Source: Chroococcales cyanobacterium PMM_0086 (lineage in GTDB: Bacteria > Cyanobacteriota > Cyanobacteriia > Cyanobacteriales > Microcystaceae). Taken from it: a stretch of DNA of 25,363 nucleotides. Within the stretch, counting starts at the first letter, position 1. Every line of letters begins with the position of its first letter. Both the position numbers and the translations under genes were made by a program. Where the stretch lies: assembly GCA_949127655.1 (NCBI GenBank), contig CASBQB010000210.1, positions 1 to 25,363 on the forward strand. Reading direction: 5' to 3'. Below the pieces are notes generated by a model. That model saw only the letters and a program-made list of their open reading frames with translations. It was not told the origin of the DNA and did no database searches. Shown one piece after another: positions 9,001-18,189 of the stretch.

Positions 9001-10713
9001 ATGTCTAGAACTAAAAACATTTTACTATTAATAATTTCTTGTTTGGCTGTTGTTATATTTTCTGCTTGTCAAGCATCTTCACCACCACCAGATCAGAGTA
9101 AAAATACTTTAAAATTACTTTATTGGCAAGCACCAACTATTTTAAATCCACACCTATCTACAGGGTTTAAAGATGCTGAAGCAAGTCGCATTACCCTAGA
9201 ACCCTTAGCAAGTTACGATGAACAAAAAAGGTTAATTCCTTTTCTAGCAGAAGAAATACCAAGTCCAGCTAAAGACGGAAAATCAGTTACTTGGAAACTC
9301 AAAAAGAATATTAAATGGTCAGATGGAGAACCCTTTACAGCAGAGGATGTTTTGCTGACCTATGAGTTTATTAAAAACCCCAAAACAGGCTCTACTTCCT
9401 TAAACTATTATCAACAGATTAAAACAGTAGAAGCACTAGATAAACATACTGTAAAAATCACTTTTAACTCGGCTAATCCTGCCTGGGAAACCCCCTTTGT
9501 GGGCACTCAGGGTATGATTATACCTAAACATATTTATCAGCAGTATCAAGGCGAAAAAGCACGCCAAGCATCAGCTAATTTAAAACCTGTAGGAACAGGA
9601 CCTTATAGAGTAATAGATTTTAAACCAGGGGATCTAGTTGTCTATGAAGCAAACCCTTACTATAGAAAGGCTAAAACTATAGCTTTTTCTGGTATAGAAT
9701 TAAAGGGTGGTGGAGATGCAGCCTCTGCAGCTAGGGCAGTTTTACAGACAGAAGAAGCTGACTTTGCCTATAATTTACAGGTAGAAAATAATATATTACA
9801 AGAGATCCAAAAAGCAAGTAAAGGTCAAATAATAGCTACACCTGGTCCACTGATTGAAAGAATTTTACTCAACCAAACAGATCCTAATCAAGCAACAAAA
9901 GATGGAGAAAGATCCAGCTTAAAACACCCTCATCCTTTCTTAACTGATCCCAAGGTGAGAAAAGCTATTGCTTTAGCTGTAGATCGTCAAACTATTGCTA
10001 AGCAACTCTATGGAGTAACAGGCCAAGCGACTGCTAACTTTTTAGTCTTACCAGTCGCTTATCGTTCTCCTAATAATGAGTATGAATATAACCTGGAAAA
10101 GGCTAAGATCCTATTAGATGAGACAGGTTGGAAAGATAGCAACAAGAATGGAACCCGTGATAAAAATGGCCAAGAGATGCAGATTATCTTTCAAACTTCT
10201 GTTAATCCCTTGCGTCAAAAAAGTCAAGAAATCATCAAGCAGGGTTTACAGTCTATTGGTATTGGCGTAGAGTTAAAAAGTATTGATGCTAGTATTTTCT
10301 TCAGTAGTGACCCTAGTAATACAGATACAGTTGAGCATTTTTACGCAGATCTCCAGATGCTAACCACTGGTAACAATAGTCCTGAACCTGATGCCTATTT
10401 TAAAACCTATACCTGTCAGGCAATACCCCAAAAAGCCAATAACTGGTCAGGTGAGAATTACTCCCGTTATTGTAATCCTCAATATGACCAGATGTGGCAG
10501 CAAGCTACTAAAGAGTTAGAACCAGAAAAGCGCAAAAAGTTGTTAATTGCTATGAATGATTTATTAATTAAAGATAATATAGTAATTCCTTTAGTGCATC
10601 GTGCTGATGTACTTGGCGTTAACAGTAAATTAATAGGAGTAGAAATCAGTCCTTGGGAACGCAATACCTGGAAAATAGCCCAATGGAAGCTAAAGTCCCA
10701 ATCAAAAATCTGA
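9001..10713 (+). CDS. ABC transporter substrate-binding lipoprotein, family 5 (Opp/Dpp/Nik-type)
   Basis: 570 aa. Lipoprotein signal with lipobox (…VVIFSAC). The length and motif distribution match solute-binding protein family 5. Confidence 0.85.
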   Translation: MSRTKNILLLIISCLAVVIFSACQASSPPPDQSKNTLKLLYWQAPTILNPHLSTGFKDAEASRITLEPLASYDEQKRLIPFLAEEIPSPAKDGKSVTWKLKKNIKWSDGEPFTAEDVLLTYEFIKNPKTGSTSLNYYQQIKTVEALDKHTVKITFNSANPAWETPFVGTQGMIIPKHIYQQYQGEKARQASANLKPVGTGPYRVIDFKPGDLVVYEANPYYRKAKTIAFSGIELKGGGDAASAARAVLQTEEADFAYNLQVENNILQEIQKASKGQIIATPGPLIERILLNQTDPNQATKDGERSSLKHPHPFLTDPKVRKAIALAVDRQTIAKQLYGVTGQATANFLVLPVAYRSPNNEYEYNLEKAKILLDETGWKDSNKNGTRDKNGQEMQIIFQTSVNPLRQKSQEIIKQGLQSIGIGVELKSIDASIFFSSDPSNTDTVEHFYADLQMLTTGNNSPEPDAYFKTYTCQAIPQKANNWSGENYSRYCNPQYDQMWQQATKELEPEKRKKLLIAMNDLLIKDNIVIPLVHRADVLGVNSKLIGVEISPWERNTWKIAQWKLKSQSKI

Positions 10714-10717
10714 GCCT

Positions 10718-11410
10718 TTATTGTAACGACTCTAAAGGTTTAAGCTTCTTTCTACTAGCTAACTTAGATTTTAGCCTAGCTCCTAGTACTAATACAGTTA
10801 CTAGTCCAAGATTAGTACTAGGTTCAGGTGTGGCAAGGCTGTTTAGAGCACTGTAAACATAAGTAATTTTTACCGCACTATCTAAATCCGTGCTGCCATT
10901 AAACAATAACTGACTATTGTTAACACTAAAGGTAGGGCTTCCTGCAGATATTGAAAAGCTTACCGGACCAGCTTTGTATAAGTTAAAGTCTGCTGTAGCA
11001 ACATTAGCTGTTTCCGTGTTACTTACTGTAGGAAGGCTGAAACTTTTAAACGACAAAGAATCTACACTGCCACTAGTTGTACTGATTGCATTGGACACAA
11101 AACTAATTGAGGGAGCAGTTATAGTAAAGGGTATTAAAACTGTTCCTGTAGTAAAAGTCTGGGTCACTCCGGTAGGGTTAAAGATATTAATTATCCCTAA
11201 TACACTACTAACGGTAGTGGATATTTCAATGTCGGTGAGTATGCCCAAAGCCGGATCGAAAGAATTGAGTGTGAAAGTTATAGGGTTTGCTTGGGTTATA
11301 GTCGTCTGTGAATATGACACCGATGCTGCTTGCGTTGCACTAAAGTAACTGCTCCCTAATATTCCAGCAGATGCAAGAGTCCCGATCAAGGCTATTAACT
11401 TTAATTTCAT
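10718..11410 (-). CDS. PEP-CTERM sorting-domain secreted protein (Ser/Thr-rich)
   Basis: 230 aa. Signal peptide (MKLKLIALIGTLASAGILGSSYFSATQA), S/T-rich body, and a C-terminal PEP motif plus hydrophobic helix plus basic cluster (ATPEPSTNLGLVTVLVLGARLKSKLASRKK), with 8 extra residues after the basic cluster. Confidence 0.7.
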   Translation of the reverse strand: MKLKLIALIGTLASAGILGSSYFSATQAASVSYSQTTITQANPITFTLNSFDPALGILTDIEISTTVSSVLGIINIFNPTGVTQTFTTGTVLIPFTITAPSISFVSNAISTTSGSVDSLSFKSFSLPTVSNTETANVATADFNLYKAGPVSFSISAGSPTFSVNNSQLLFNGSTDLDSAVKITYVYSALNSLATPEPSTNLGLVTVLVLGARLKSKLASRKKLKPLESLQ

Positions 11411-11560
11411 TGTATATTAATGTTAACATAAGTTTGGTCTAATTGTAGCATAAATCTTCGGTAAGTGCAAGAGAAAATTTTCTTTATTAAGGAGTTAAGT
11501 AAATCGATTTATTCACTGAATAGCAAAAAGAATTTAATTTAATTAGGAAACAAATTTTAA

Positions 11561-12520
11561 ATGTTATTTTTCTTAATAAAACGTCTTCTAGTGATTATAC
11601 CGACCCTTGTAGCTATTAGTTTAGTCATATTTATTATACTAGCTTTAGCCCCTGGTGATCCGATGGGGGAGTTTGCAGCTAATCCAGCCATTACAGCAGA
11701 GGTGAGAGAAAATATTAGAAGGAGTTTAGGATTAGATCAACCTCTACCTATTAGATACTTTAAGTGGGTCTGGGCTTTTCTTCACGGTGATTTAGGCTAT
11801 TCTTTTACTAGTCAAAGTCCTGTAATGGGGTTGATTATGCAGAGGCTGCCTGCTACATTAGCTGTTGTTGGAGTAGCCTATATTTTGGCTGTGATCATCG
11901 CTTTTCCCTTGGGAATGTCTTCAGCTATCAACCGTCATTCTTGGGTCGATCAGATCATTACTTTTACTTCTTTTCTAGGAATATCCTTACCAACTTTTTT
12001 GACTGGACTCCTCTTAATTCTTATCTTCAGTGTGCAATTAAAATGGCTACCCTCGTTTTATAGCAGCACTTTACAAGTCAGAGACGTTCAGACATTTATA
12101 GAACAGATTAAACAGTCTATCTTACCTATTCTGGTTTTAGCACTCTATCAAGGAGCCACTCTGGTTCGCTATATTCGCGCTGCAGTCTTAGAAGAGTTAC
12201 CTCAAGACTATCTACGCACTGCGATAGCTAAAGGACTATCTAGAGGTCAAGCTATTAGAAATCACGCCCTTAAAAATGCTTTAATCCCTGTAGTCACTTT
12301 AATTGCTTTAGAGATACCGAGTGTTTTTACAGGTGCTTTGGTGACAGAACAAGTGTTCAGAGTACCAGGAATTGGGGCATTATTAATAGAGTCAATTAAT
12401 CGTAGCGATACGCCTGTAGTGATGGGCATTACCTTTACTTATGGGATATTAATTGTCATCTTTAATTTAATAGCAGATATATTATATGGATTCTTAGATC
12501 CTAGAATAAAGTATGACTAA
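11561..12520 (+). CDS. ABC transporter permease, DppB/OppB/NikB-type (family-5 SBP-dependent)
   Basis: 319 aa. N-terminal LVIIPTLVAISLVIFIILALAPGDP signature of DppB-type permeases. Its stop overlaps the cobH start by 8 nt. Confidence 0.85.
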   Translation: MLFFLIKRLLVIIPTLVAISLVIFIILALAPGDPMGEFAANPAITAEVRENIRRSLGLDQPLPIRYFKWVWAFLHGDLGYSFTSQSPVMGLIMQRLPATLAVVGVAYILAVIIAFPLGMSSAINRHSWVDQIITFTSFLGISLPTFLTGLLLILIFSVQLKWLPSFYSSTLQVRDVQTFIEQIKQSILPILVLALYQGATLVRYIRAAVLEELPQDYLRTAIAKGLSRGQAIRNHALKNALIPVVTLIALEIPSVFTGALVTEQVFRVPGIGALLIESINRSDTPVVMGITFTYGILIVIFNLIADILYGFLDPRIKYD

Positions 12521-13139
12521 TGACAGCCTCAGATTATTACAACATCCAATTTTAGAACAAAGTTTCGCCATTATCGACCAGGAAATCTCAGAACACAATC
12601 TCAATCCCTGGGAGTATCAAATTGCTAGAAGAGTCATTCATACAACGGCTGATTTTGACTATCTTGATCTAATATATTTTAGTCCAGGCGTTATTGAATT
12701 AGCTCTAACTGCTCTAAGAAAACGTACTCCGATTATTACAGATGTTACCCTAGTAGCTCAGGGAATTATGACTCTAGTCAATAAGACCTTCAATAATCCT
12801 CTAATTGTGGCCTTAGATGAAGCAGGAGAAGTTCCTCCAGGAAAGACCCGCAGTGAAACAGGGATGCAGCAATGTTTTCCTAAATACCCACACGCTATCT
12901 ATGTTATTGGCAATGCACCTACAGCCCTTTTAGCCCTATGTAGAGCGATTTCTGAGTCTAATTTGAATCCTAGTTTAATTATTGGTGTACCTGTTGGGTT
13001 TGTGTCTGTAACTGAATCTAAAGAAGTCCTTGCTAGTTCACATATACCTCAAATTGGGGTAAAAGGACGCAAAGGAGGTTCAACCGTAGCAGCAGCCATT
13101 CTCAATGCCCTATTGGTGCTAGCATGGGAAACCCGTTAA
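12513..13139 (+). CDS. cobH: Precorrin-8X methylmutase (CobH/CbiC)
   Basis: 208 aa, a typical CobH/CbiC length and sequence (…RRVIHTTADFDYLDLIYFSPG…IYVIGNAPTAL…). Overlaps the upstream permease gene and overlaps downstream cobL by 16 nt. Confidence 0.85.
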   Translation: MTNDSLRLLQHPILEQSFAIIDQEISEHNLNPWEYQIARRVIHTTADFDYLDLIYFSPGVIELALTALRKRTPIITDVTLVAQGIMTLVNKTFNNPLIVALDEAGEVPPGKTRSETGMQQCFPKYPHAIYVIGNAPTALLALCRAISESNLNPSLIIGVPVGFVSVTESKEVLASSHIPQIGVKGRKGGSTVAAAILNALLVLAWETR

Positions 13140-14371
13140 AAGTCATCGGGATAGGTCTAGATGGTCTTGTCGGTTTAGGGGAGATAGTCAGAGAAAAGAT
13201 TGCTCAAGCTACTGTTTTAGTGGGTAGTGAGCGCCATTTAAGCTATGTAGTGGAACATTCAGCTAAACGTCTAGTTTTAGGGGATTTTCTAGCTGCTGTA
13301 ACAGAGATGGAAGTTTTGCTGCAGCAGGGAGAAGAGATAGTTATCCTCGTCAGTGGTGATCCTCTTTTCTTTGGACTAGGACGTTTATTATTAGAAAGAT
13401 TTCCCGCAGAGAAATTATCTTTTTACTCACATCCAAGTTCATTACAATTAGCCTTTAGTAGAATTAAGCAACCTTGGCAAGATGCCCAAATTATCAGTAT
13501 ACATGGACGATCATTAGAACCCCTCATTACAGCCTTACAACAGGGAAGGGAAAAAATAGCGATCTTAACCGATCCTCAAAATAGTCCCCAAACAATTGCG
13601 CACATCTATTTACAATTAGACTTACCTATAGATTATCGATTTTGGGTCTGTGAAAATCTCGGTGATCCTCTAAATGAAAGGGTGCATTGTTTCGAGAGAA
13701 CAGAGATAAAAGAGTTAATTAATGAGCATTTCTCAAGTTTGAGTATAATGATTCTTCTGCGTGAAAAGAGAGTCATAAAACCGCAAAACCTGCCCCTATT
13801 TGGCTTAAAAGATGAGCTATTTCACAGTTTTGCGGATCGTCCTGGTTTAATGACTAAAAGAGAAATTCGTATTCAGATCTTAGGTGAATTAGAATTATCT
13901 CCTCCCCAGATTATTTGGGATATTGGCGCAGGTACAGGTTCTGTATCTCTAGAAATAGCCCGTCTCTGTCCCACATCTAGAGTCTATGCTATTGAAAAGA
14001 CAGCGATCGGGATAACCTTAATTGAGGATAATGCAAAAACCCTAAAAGTCTCTAATCTTCAGACTGTTTATGGTAATGCACCGACTATTCTACAAGAATT
14101 ACCTTCACCTGATCGGATCTTTATTGGTGGAAGTGGAGGCAATTTACTAGATATTCTCAATCATTGTCAGACTAAATTAAATCCAGGAGGACGGATAGTT
14201 TTAGCCTTAGCTACTCTAGAACATCTAAATCAAGCAATTACTTGGCTTAAAGAGCAGCATTGGCGTTATCATCTCTTGCAGGTACAAATTTCTCGTTCTG
14301 TATCCATTGCCGAGTTAACCCGCTTTCTTCCCCTCAACCCAGTAACGCTCATTTCATTTAATAACATCTAA
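13124..14371 (+). CDS. cobL: Precorrin-6Y C5,15-methyltransferase (decarboxylating), CbiE/CbiT fusion (CobL)
   Basis: 415 aa. N-terminal tetrapyrrole-methylase (CbiE) half and C-terminal SAM-methyltransferase (CbiT) half carrying the DIGAGTGSVSLE motif. Confidence 0.85.
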   Translation: MGNPLKVIGIGLDGLVGLGEIVREKIAQATVLVGSERHLSYVVEHSAKRLVLGDFLAAVTEMEVLLQQGEEIVILVSGDPLFFGLGRLLLERFPAEKLSFYSHPSSLQLAFSRIKQPWQDAQIISIHGRSLEPLITALQQGREKIAILTDPQNSPQTIAHIYLQLDLPIDYRFWVCENLGDPLNERVHCFERTEIKELINEHFSSLSIMILLREKRVIKPQNLPLFGLKDELFHSFADRPGLMTKREIRIQILGELELSPPQIIWDIGAGTGSVSLEIARLCPTSRVYAIEKTAIGITLIEDNAKTLKVSNLQTVYGNAPTILQELPSPDRIFIGGSGGNLLDILNHCQTKLNPGGRIVLALATLEHLNQAITWLKEQHWRYHLLQVQISRSVSIAELTRFLPLNPVTLISFNNI

Positions 14372-14438
14372 TGTAATTTCTCATCTTTTTTGATTTAAAA
14401 TACACTTATATTTGCATCAGATCAGTACTCGCTCTTTT

Positions 14439-16853
14439 ATGTCTACTTCAGAACTTAACTCTCAACATCTAGAAAAACAGGTCAGTATCCTTTTAGATTT
14501 ATTTTCTCAAGAACCATCCCTCCGTACACAGCAAGATACAACACAAATTGAAACTTCTCTCAAAAAGGCCTTATCTCCAGAATTTGAAATTGTTTTTGCT
14601 GGTGCCTTTAGTGCTGGGAAATCAATGCTAATTAATGCACTTTTAGAACAAGAGTTACTATATAGTGCTGAAGGTCATGCTACAGGAACAGAATGTTATA
14701 TTCGATATGCAGAACCAACAGAAGAAAGAGTAGTTTTGACTTTTTTGAGTGGTAGAGAAATTGAAGAACAAGTCGAGATGTTATCGCAGCGTTTAAGCAT
14801 CTCTTCTAATAGCACAGTTAATCAAGAGGATGGGTTTTTAAGTCTACAAAATACCTGTAAAGCTATTTTAGAACAAGAAGGTGGAGAGAGTAAATCTGAA
14901 AGGGCTAAAGCAGCCAAAGGACTCTCTTTATTACTAGAGGGATTACTAGAAAATCTTCCCAAAATTGACTCTGTTCGCAACTCTACCTATTCTATGGAAC
15001 AATTCAACTTTTCTAACCTCACAGAAGCAGCTAAATATGCTAGACGTGGGAGTAATAGTGCTGTTCTTAAACGCCTAGAATACTATTGTCATCATGAGCT
15101 TTTAAAAGATGGTAATGTTTTAGTAGATATGCCAGGTATAGATGCCCCTGTTAAAAAAGATGCTCTCTTGACTTTTAATAAAATTGAAGATCCTGAAACT
15201 TCTGCAGTTGTCTGTATTTTAAAGCCAGCTTCAGTGGGAGAAATGAGTAATGAAGAAACTTCCTTATTAGAGAGAATTAGTAGTAATCCAAGTATAAGAG
15301 ATCGAGTATTTTATGTCTTTAATAGAATCGATCAGACTTGGTATAATGCCCAATTACGTCAACGTCTAGATCGCTTATTACAAACCGAGTTTAATCCTAA
15401 TTCTAAGATATATAAAACAAGCGGTCTCTTAGGCTTTTATGGTAGTCAAATAAAAAAACATACTAGCATCAAGGATCGCTTTGGTCTAGACTCTATTTTT
15501 GCAGGAAGTGTTAAGGGTTCAGATAGTAAAGAAGAAACTCCACAATTTGTCAATGAATTTAATAATTATTGCGCTAACTCGAATAAACTCAACAGGACTA
15601 ATTTTCGTGTAGTAGTCAATAGTTGGAATAGTTCTAATGAAAATTACGTCAGAATATTGAGTGAATGGGGAACACCTTTAATTGAGCAATTAATTGCTGA
15701 TAGCGGGATTATCGAATTCAGACAGGCAATTGTTTGCTATCTGACTCAAGAGAAAAAACCCCTCCTCTTTGCTGCTTTAGCTAATGACTTACAACCTCTC
15801 TGTATTAAACTGCAAAAATATTATCAAGAGAGTGGTAGAGAATTGGAAAGTCAGCCGCGAGAACTCGAAGCAATGAAACAACACGAGTTACAGCGTATTT
15901 ATCAAGAATTACAGAAAGTTACGACAGATTTTAAAGAAGATCTAGAAAAAAAAGTCAATGAGATAGTTACTAATTGCGATCCACTTTTTGAGTCAGACTT
16001 TGAGAAGTTAAAAGCTAAAATGATAGTCAGTTTAGATGATTTATTGCAGAAGTTTTCTGTTACAGATGCCTATAAATCTTCAGTGGATAATCATCCTAGA
16101 AATTCAACTGCACCTTTTTTAGCTGTCTTAGTTGAAGCACTCTACAGTATATCGAATAAACTAGAGGATGTCTTAATTGAATATACTGAAGTGGTAGTGA
16201 CAAACTGTTGCGCAAGACTACTAGAAAATATCCGTCAAGCTGAATATTATCGTCATCTATACAGTCTATTGGGAGAAGATGGAGGGATAGAACAAAGTAT
16301 CAAAGAACTTGAAGAAAATCTGATTGATATTTTAAAGGCTAGTGCTAAAAAAGAATGTGATCGCTATGTCAGGGAAAGCCCAATGTTTTACGATGAAGGA
16401 ACATTTTCTATCTATCAATTTCGTCAGACTCTAGAACAGACTTCTCAAGGCTATGATTGTCAAAGTATTGTTTATGCAGAACCAGCTATAAGAGAATTAT
16501 TGAAGCTAGACTTTGAACCTAAAGTTTCTCGGACTATAAGGCGTGATTTTCGTCAGACTATTAACCAAACACTCAAAACAAAACTAATAGAAAAGGTTGA
16601 AAAACAAGGAGAATCAATCTTACAAAAATATGATCAAGCGCGTCAATATAAAGAGGCAACTTTAGAAAAGGAAGCACAAGAAATAATTGATCGCAACCAA
16701 AGACTACAAGTAGAGATTGAACAAAAAATAGAACTGTATAATCAGGCCATTCTAGAAATCAACACCTGTTTAAATTCTGTGGGAGTCTATGACTCTACTT
16801 TACCGCTTGTCATACAACCTGAGCTTCAAGCTAAGCCACTAGCACTAGAATAA
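14439..16853 (+). CDS. Bacterial dynamin-like GTPase (SynDLP-like, ~800 aa class)
   Basis: P-loop GAFSAGKSMLINALL (G1), DMPG (G3), NRID (G4-like), and a long helical stalk. The ORF track starts at a TTG (14412). The first in-frame ATG is 14439 (MSTSELNS…). Either start gives a protein of about 800 aa. Confidence 0.8.
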   Translation: MSTSELNSQHLEKQVSILLDLFSQEPSLRTQQDTTQIETSLKKALSPEFEIVFAGAFSAGKSMLINALLEQELLYSAEGHATGTECYIRYAEPTEERVVLTFLSGREIEEQVEMLSQRLSISSNSTVNQEDGFLSLQNTCKAILEQEGGESKSERAKAAKGLSLLLEGLLENLPKIDSVRNSTYSMEQFNFSNLTEAAKYARRGSNSAVLKRLEYYCHHELLKDGNVLVDMPGIDAPVKKDALLTFNKIEDPETSAVVCILKPASVGEMSNEETSLLERISSNPSIRDRVFYVFNRIDQTWYNAQLRQRLDRLLQTEFNPNSKIYKTSGLLGFYGSQIKKHTSIKDRFGLDSIFAGSVKGSDSKEETPQFVNEFNNYCANSNKLNRTNFRVVVNSWNSSNENYVRILSEWGTPLIEQLIADSGIIEFRQAIVCYLTQEKKPLLFAALANDLQPLCIKLQKYYQESGRELESQPRELEAMKQHELQRIYQELQKVTTDFKEDLEKKVNEIVTNCDPLFESDFEKLKAKMIVSLDDLLQKFSVTDAYKSSVDNHPRNSTAPFLAVLVEALYSISNKLEDVLIEYTEVVVTNCCARLLENIRQAEYYRHLYSLLGEDGGIEQSIKELEENLIDILKASAKKECDRYVRESPMFYDEGTFSIYQFRQTLEQTSQGYDCQSIVYAEPAIRELLKLDFEPKVSRTIRRDFRQTINQTLKTKLIEKVEKQGESILQKYDQARQYKEATLEKEAQEIIDRNQRLQVEIEQKIELYNQAILEINTCLNSVGVYDSTLPLVIQPELQAKPLALE

Positions 16854-16890
16854 TAATAATTAAGATTACCTCAGAAAAAGGTTTGAGCAG

Positions 16891-17343
16891 ATGACCATAA
16901 TTTTTAATAATGCACAAGATCTAGTCGGAGAAGACTATTTTGTACTAGGAATGTCCACCTGTTTTGTCAGAGAAGAAGGCGAAATTTTCAGCATTAAAGT
17001 AATTGAACCTTTACCCTATCCAGCTTTAGCTGCTTTAATCAAAGGCAGTCCTACCGCCTATCAAATGGTCATAGCTAAGTCATTAGGAGAGATTTTCCCA
17101 GGAGAGAACCCACAAAAAACAGCAGAATTTCCAGAAGATGCTCAATTTTGTCCCGATTTTACCCAAAGAACTATCAGCGCAACCAGAACCTATAAAAACA
17201 ATACTCAAGCTAAATCTCTCCTACCCCTAGGAAGCATGAAAACAGACTTCAACTTCTCCCAAGAGAAAAAAAGGACGCTCAATGCTAATGATTTTATACT
17301 GGAAAAGATTGTACTAAATTTAAGTATAGATCAGGATATTTGA
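16891..17343 (+). CDS. Hypothetical protein (150 aa), no recognisable motif
   Basis: Clean ORF with an AAGG SD-like element 12 nt upstream. Same strand as the dynamin gene, 37 bp downstream of it. No similarity I can recognise. Confidence 0.5.
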   Translation: MTIIFNNAQDLVGEDYFVLGMSTCFVREEGEIFSIKVIEPLPYPALAALIKGSPTAYQMVIAKSLGEIFPGENPQKTAEFPEDAQFCPDFTQRTISATRTYKNNTQAKSLLPLGSMKTDFNFSQEKKRTLNANDFILEKIVLNLSIDQDI

Positions 17344-17429
17344 ACTAGTATTGGATGAGAGAGCGCGGGCTTATAATCACCTGATTAGGTTAAGCTGGTA
17401 AGTAACAAAAAATTTACAATTCTCATAAT

Positions 17430-18104
17430 ATGCAGCAAACCGCCTTAAATCTTACCGCTATTGCCATATTTACAATTACCCTCTCATCCCTAGTTGGACC
17501 TTTTTTACATATTTCTCCCCTGGTACCGACAGTAACCACAATAGGACTAATGGGACTGCTAGGTATAGACACCTTAACTTGGCAAAACAGAGGTATTTCG
17601 ATCTTTCTAGATCTTCTCTCAGGTCAAGAACATCGCCGAAGAATAATTCACCATGAGGCAGGACATTTTTTGATTGCCTATCTTTTGCATATACCTATTG
17701 CTGACTATAGCTTGAGTGCACTAGAAGCATGGCGGAAAGGACAACTAGGTCTAGGGGGGATTATCCTAGATCAAGAAACTTTACAAAAGACAGAAGTTAA
17801 GGAACTACCCATCACTTTAGAAAGATTATCTACAGTTTGGATGGCAGGGATTGCTGCAGAACAAATTGTCTATAATAAAGCAGAAGGGGGAGAAGGTGAT
17901 CGTCAACAACTATATGCCGCTTTACAACTGAGTGGCTCAGATAAAAGTACTTATCCGGTTAAAGAACGTTTTGCTATCTTACAGGCTAAAACGCTTTTAC
18001 AAAAATATCCTCAAGCTTACCAAACTCTAGTAGAGTTAATGGAAAGACGTGAGCCAGTACACTTATGTTATAAAGCTTTGAATCTTCTAACACAACAATC
18101 GTAA
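17430..18104 (+). CDS. Membrane-anchored FtsH-like (peptidase M41-type) zinc-metallopeptidase domain protein lacking an AAA ATPase module
   Basis: 224 aa. Two N-terminal TM helices. RRRIIHHEAGHFLIAYLL matches the FtsH zinc-binding region (RRIAYHEAGHALVG). The downstream segments (…WMAGIAAEQIVYN…GGEGDRQQLYA…) parallel the FtsH GGRAAEE / TGASNDLERAT regions. I see no Walker A/B motifs. Confidence 0.6.
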   Translation: MQQTALNLTAIAIFTITLSSLVGPFLHISPLVPTVTTIGLMGLLGIDTLTWQNRGISIFLDLLSGQEHRRRIIHHEAGHFLIAYLLHIPIADYSLSALEAWRKGQLGLGGIILDQETLQKTEVKELPITLERLSTVWMAGIAAEQIVYNKAEGGEGDRQQLYAALQLSGSDKSTYPVKERFAILQAKTLLQKYPQAYQTLVELMERREPVHLCYKALNLLTQQS

Positions 18105-18189
18105 GAGATGTTCAAGAATTCTCTAGGTTAGCTACAATTACAGATAGCGTCACAGAGTCAGATTTTAACAGAGGGTAGGATGGCATTTT

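Noticed and set aside
10917-11348. 143-aa plus-strand ORF fully antisense to the PEP-CTERM gene
   Set aside because: The minus-strand product has a signal peptide, a coherent S/T-rich body and a PEP-CTERM tail. The plus-strand ORF is the Val/Gly/Leu-rich mirror translation expected antisense to Ser/Thr codons and has no start context.
14412-14438. ORF-track start for the dynamin-like gene at 14412
   Set aside because: Nucleotide 14412 is a TTG. The first in-frame ATG is at 14439, so I annotated from 14439. The true start is unresolved without proteomic or ribosome-profiling data.
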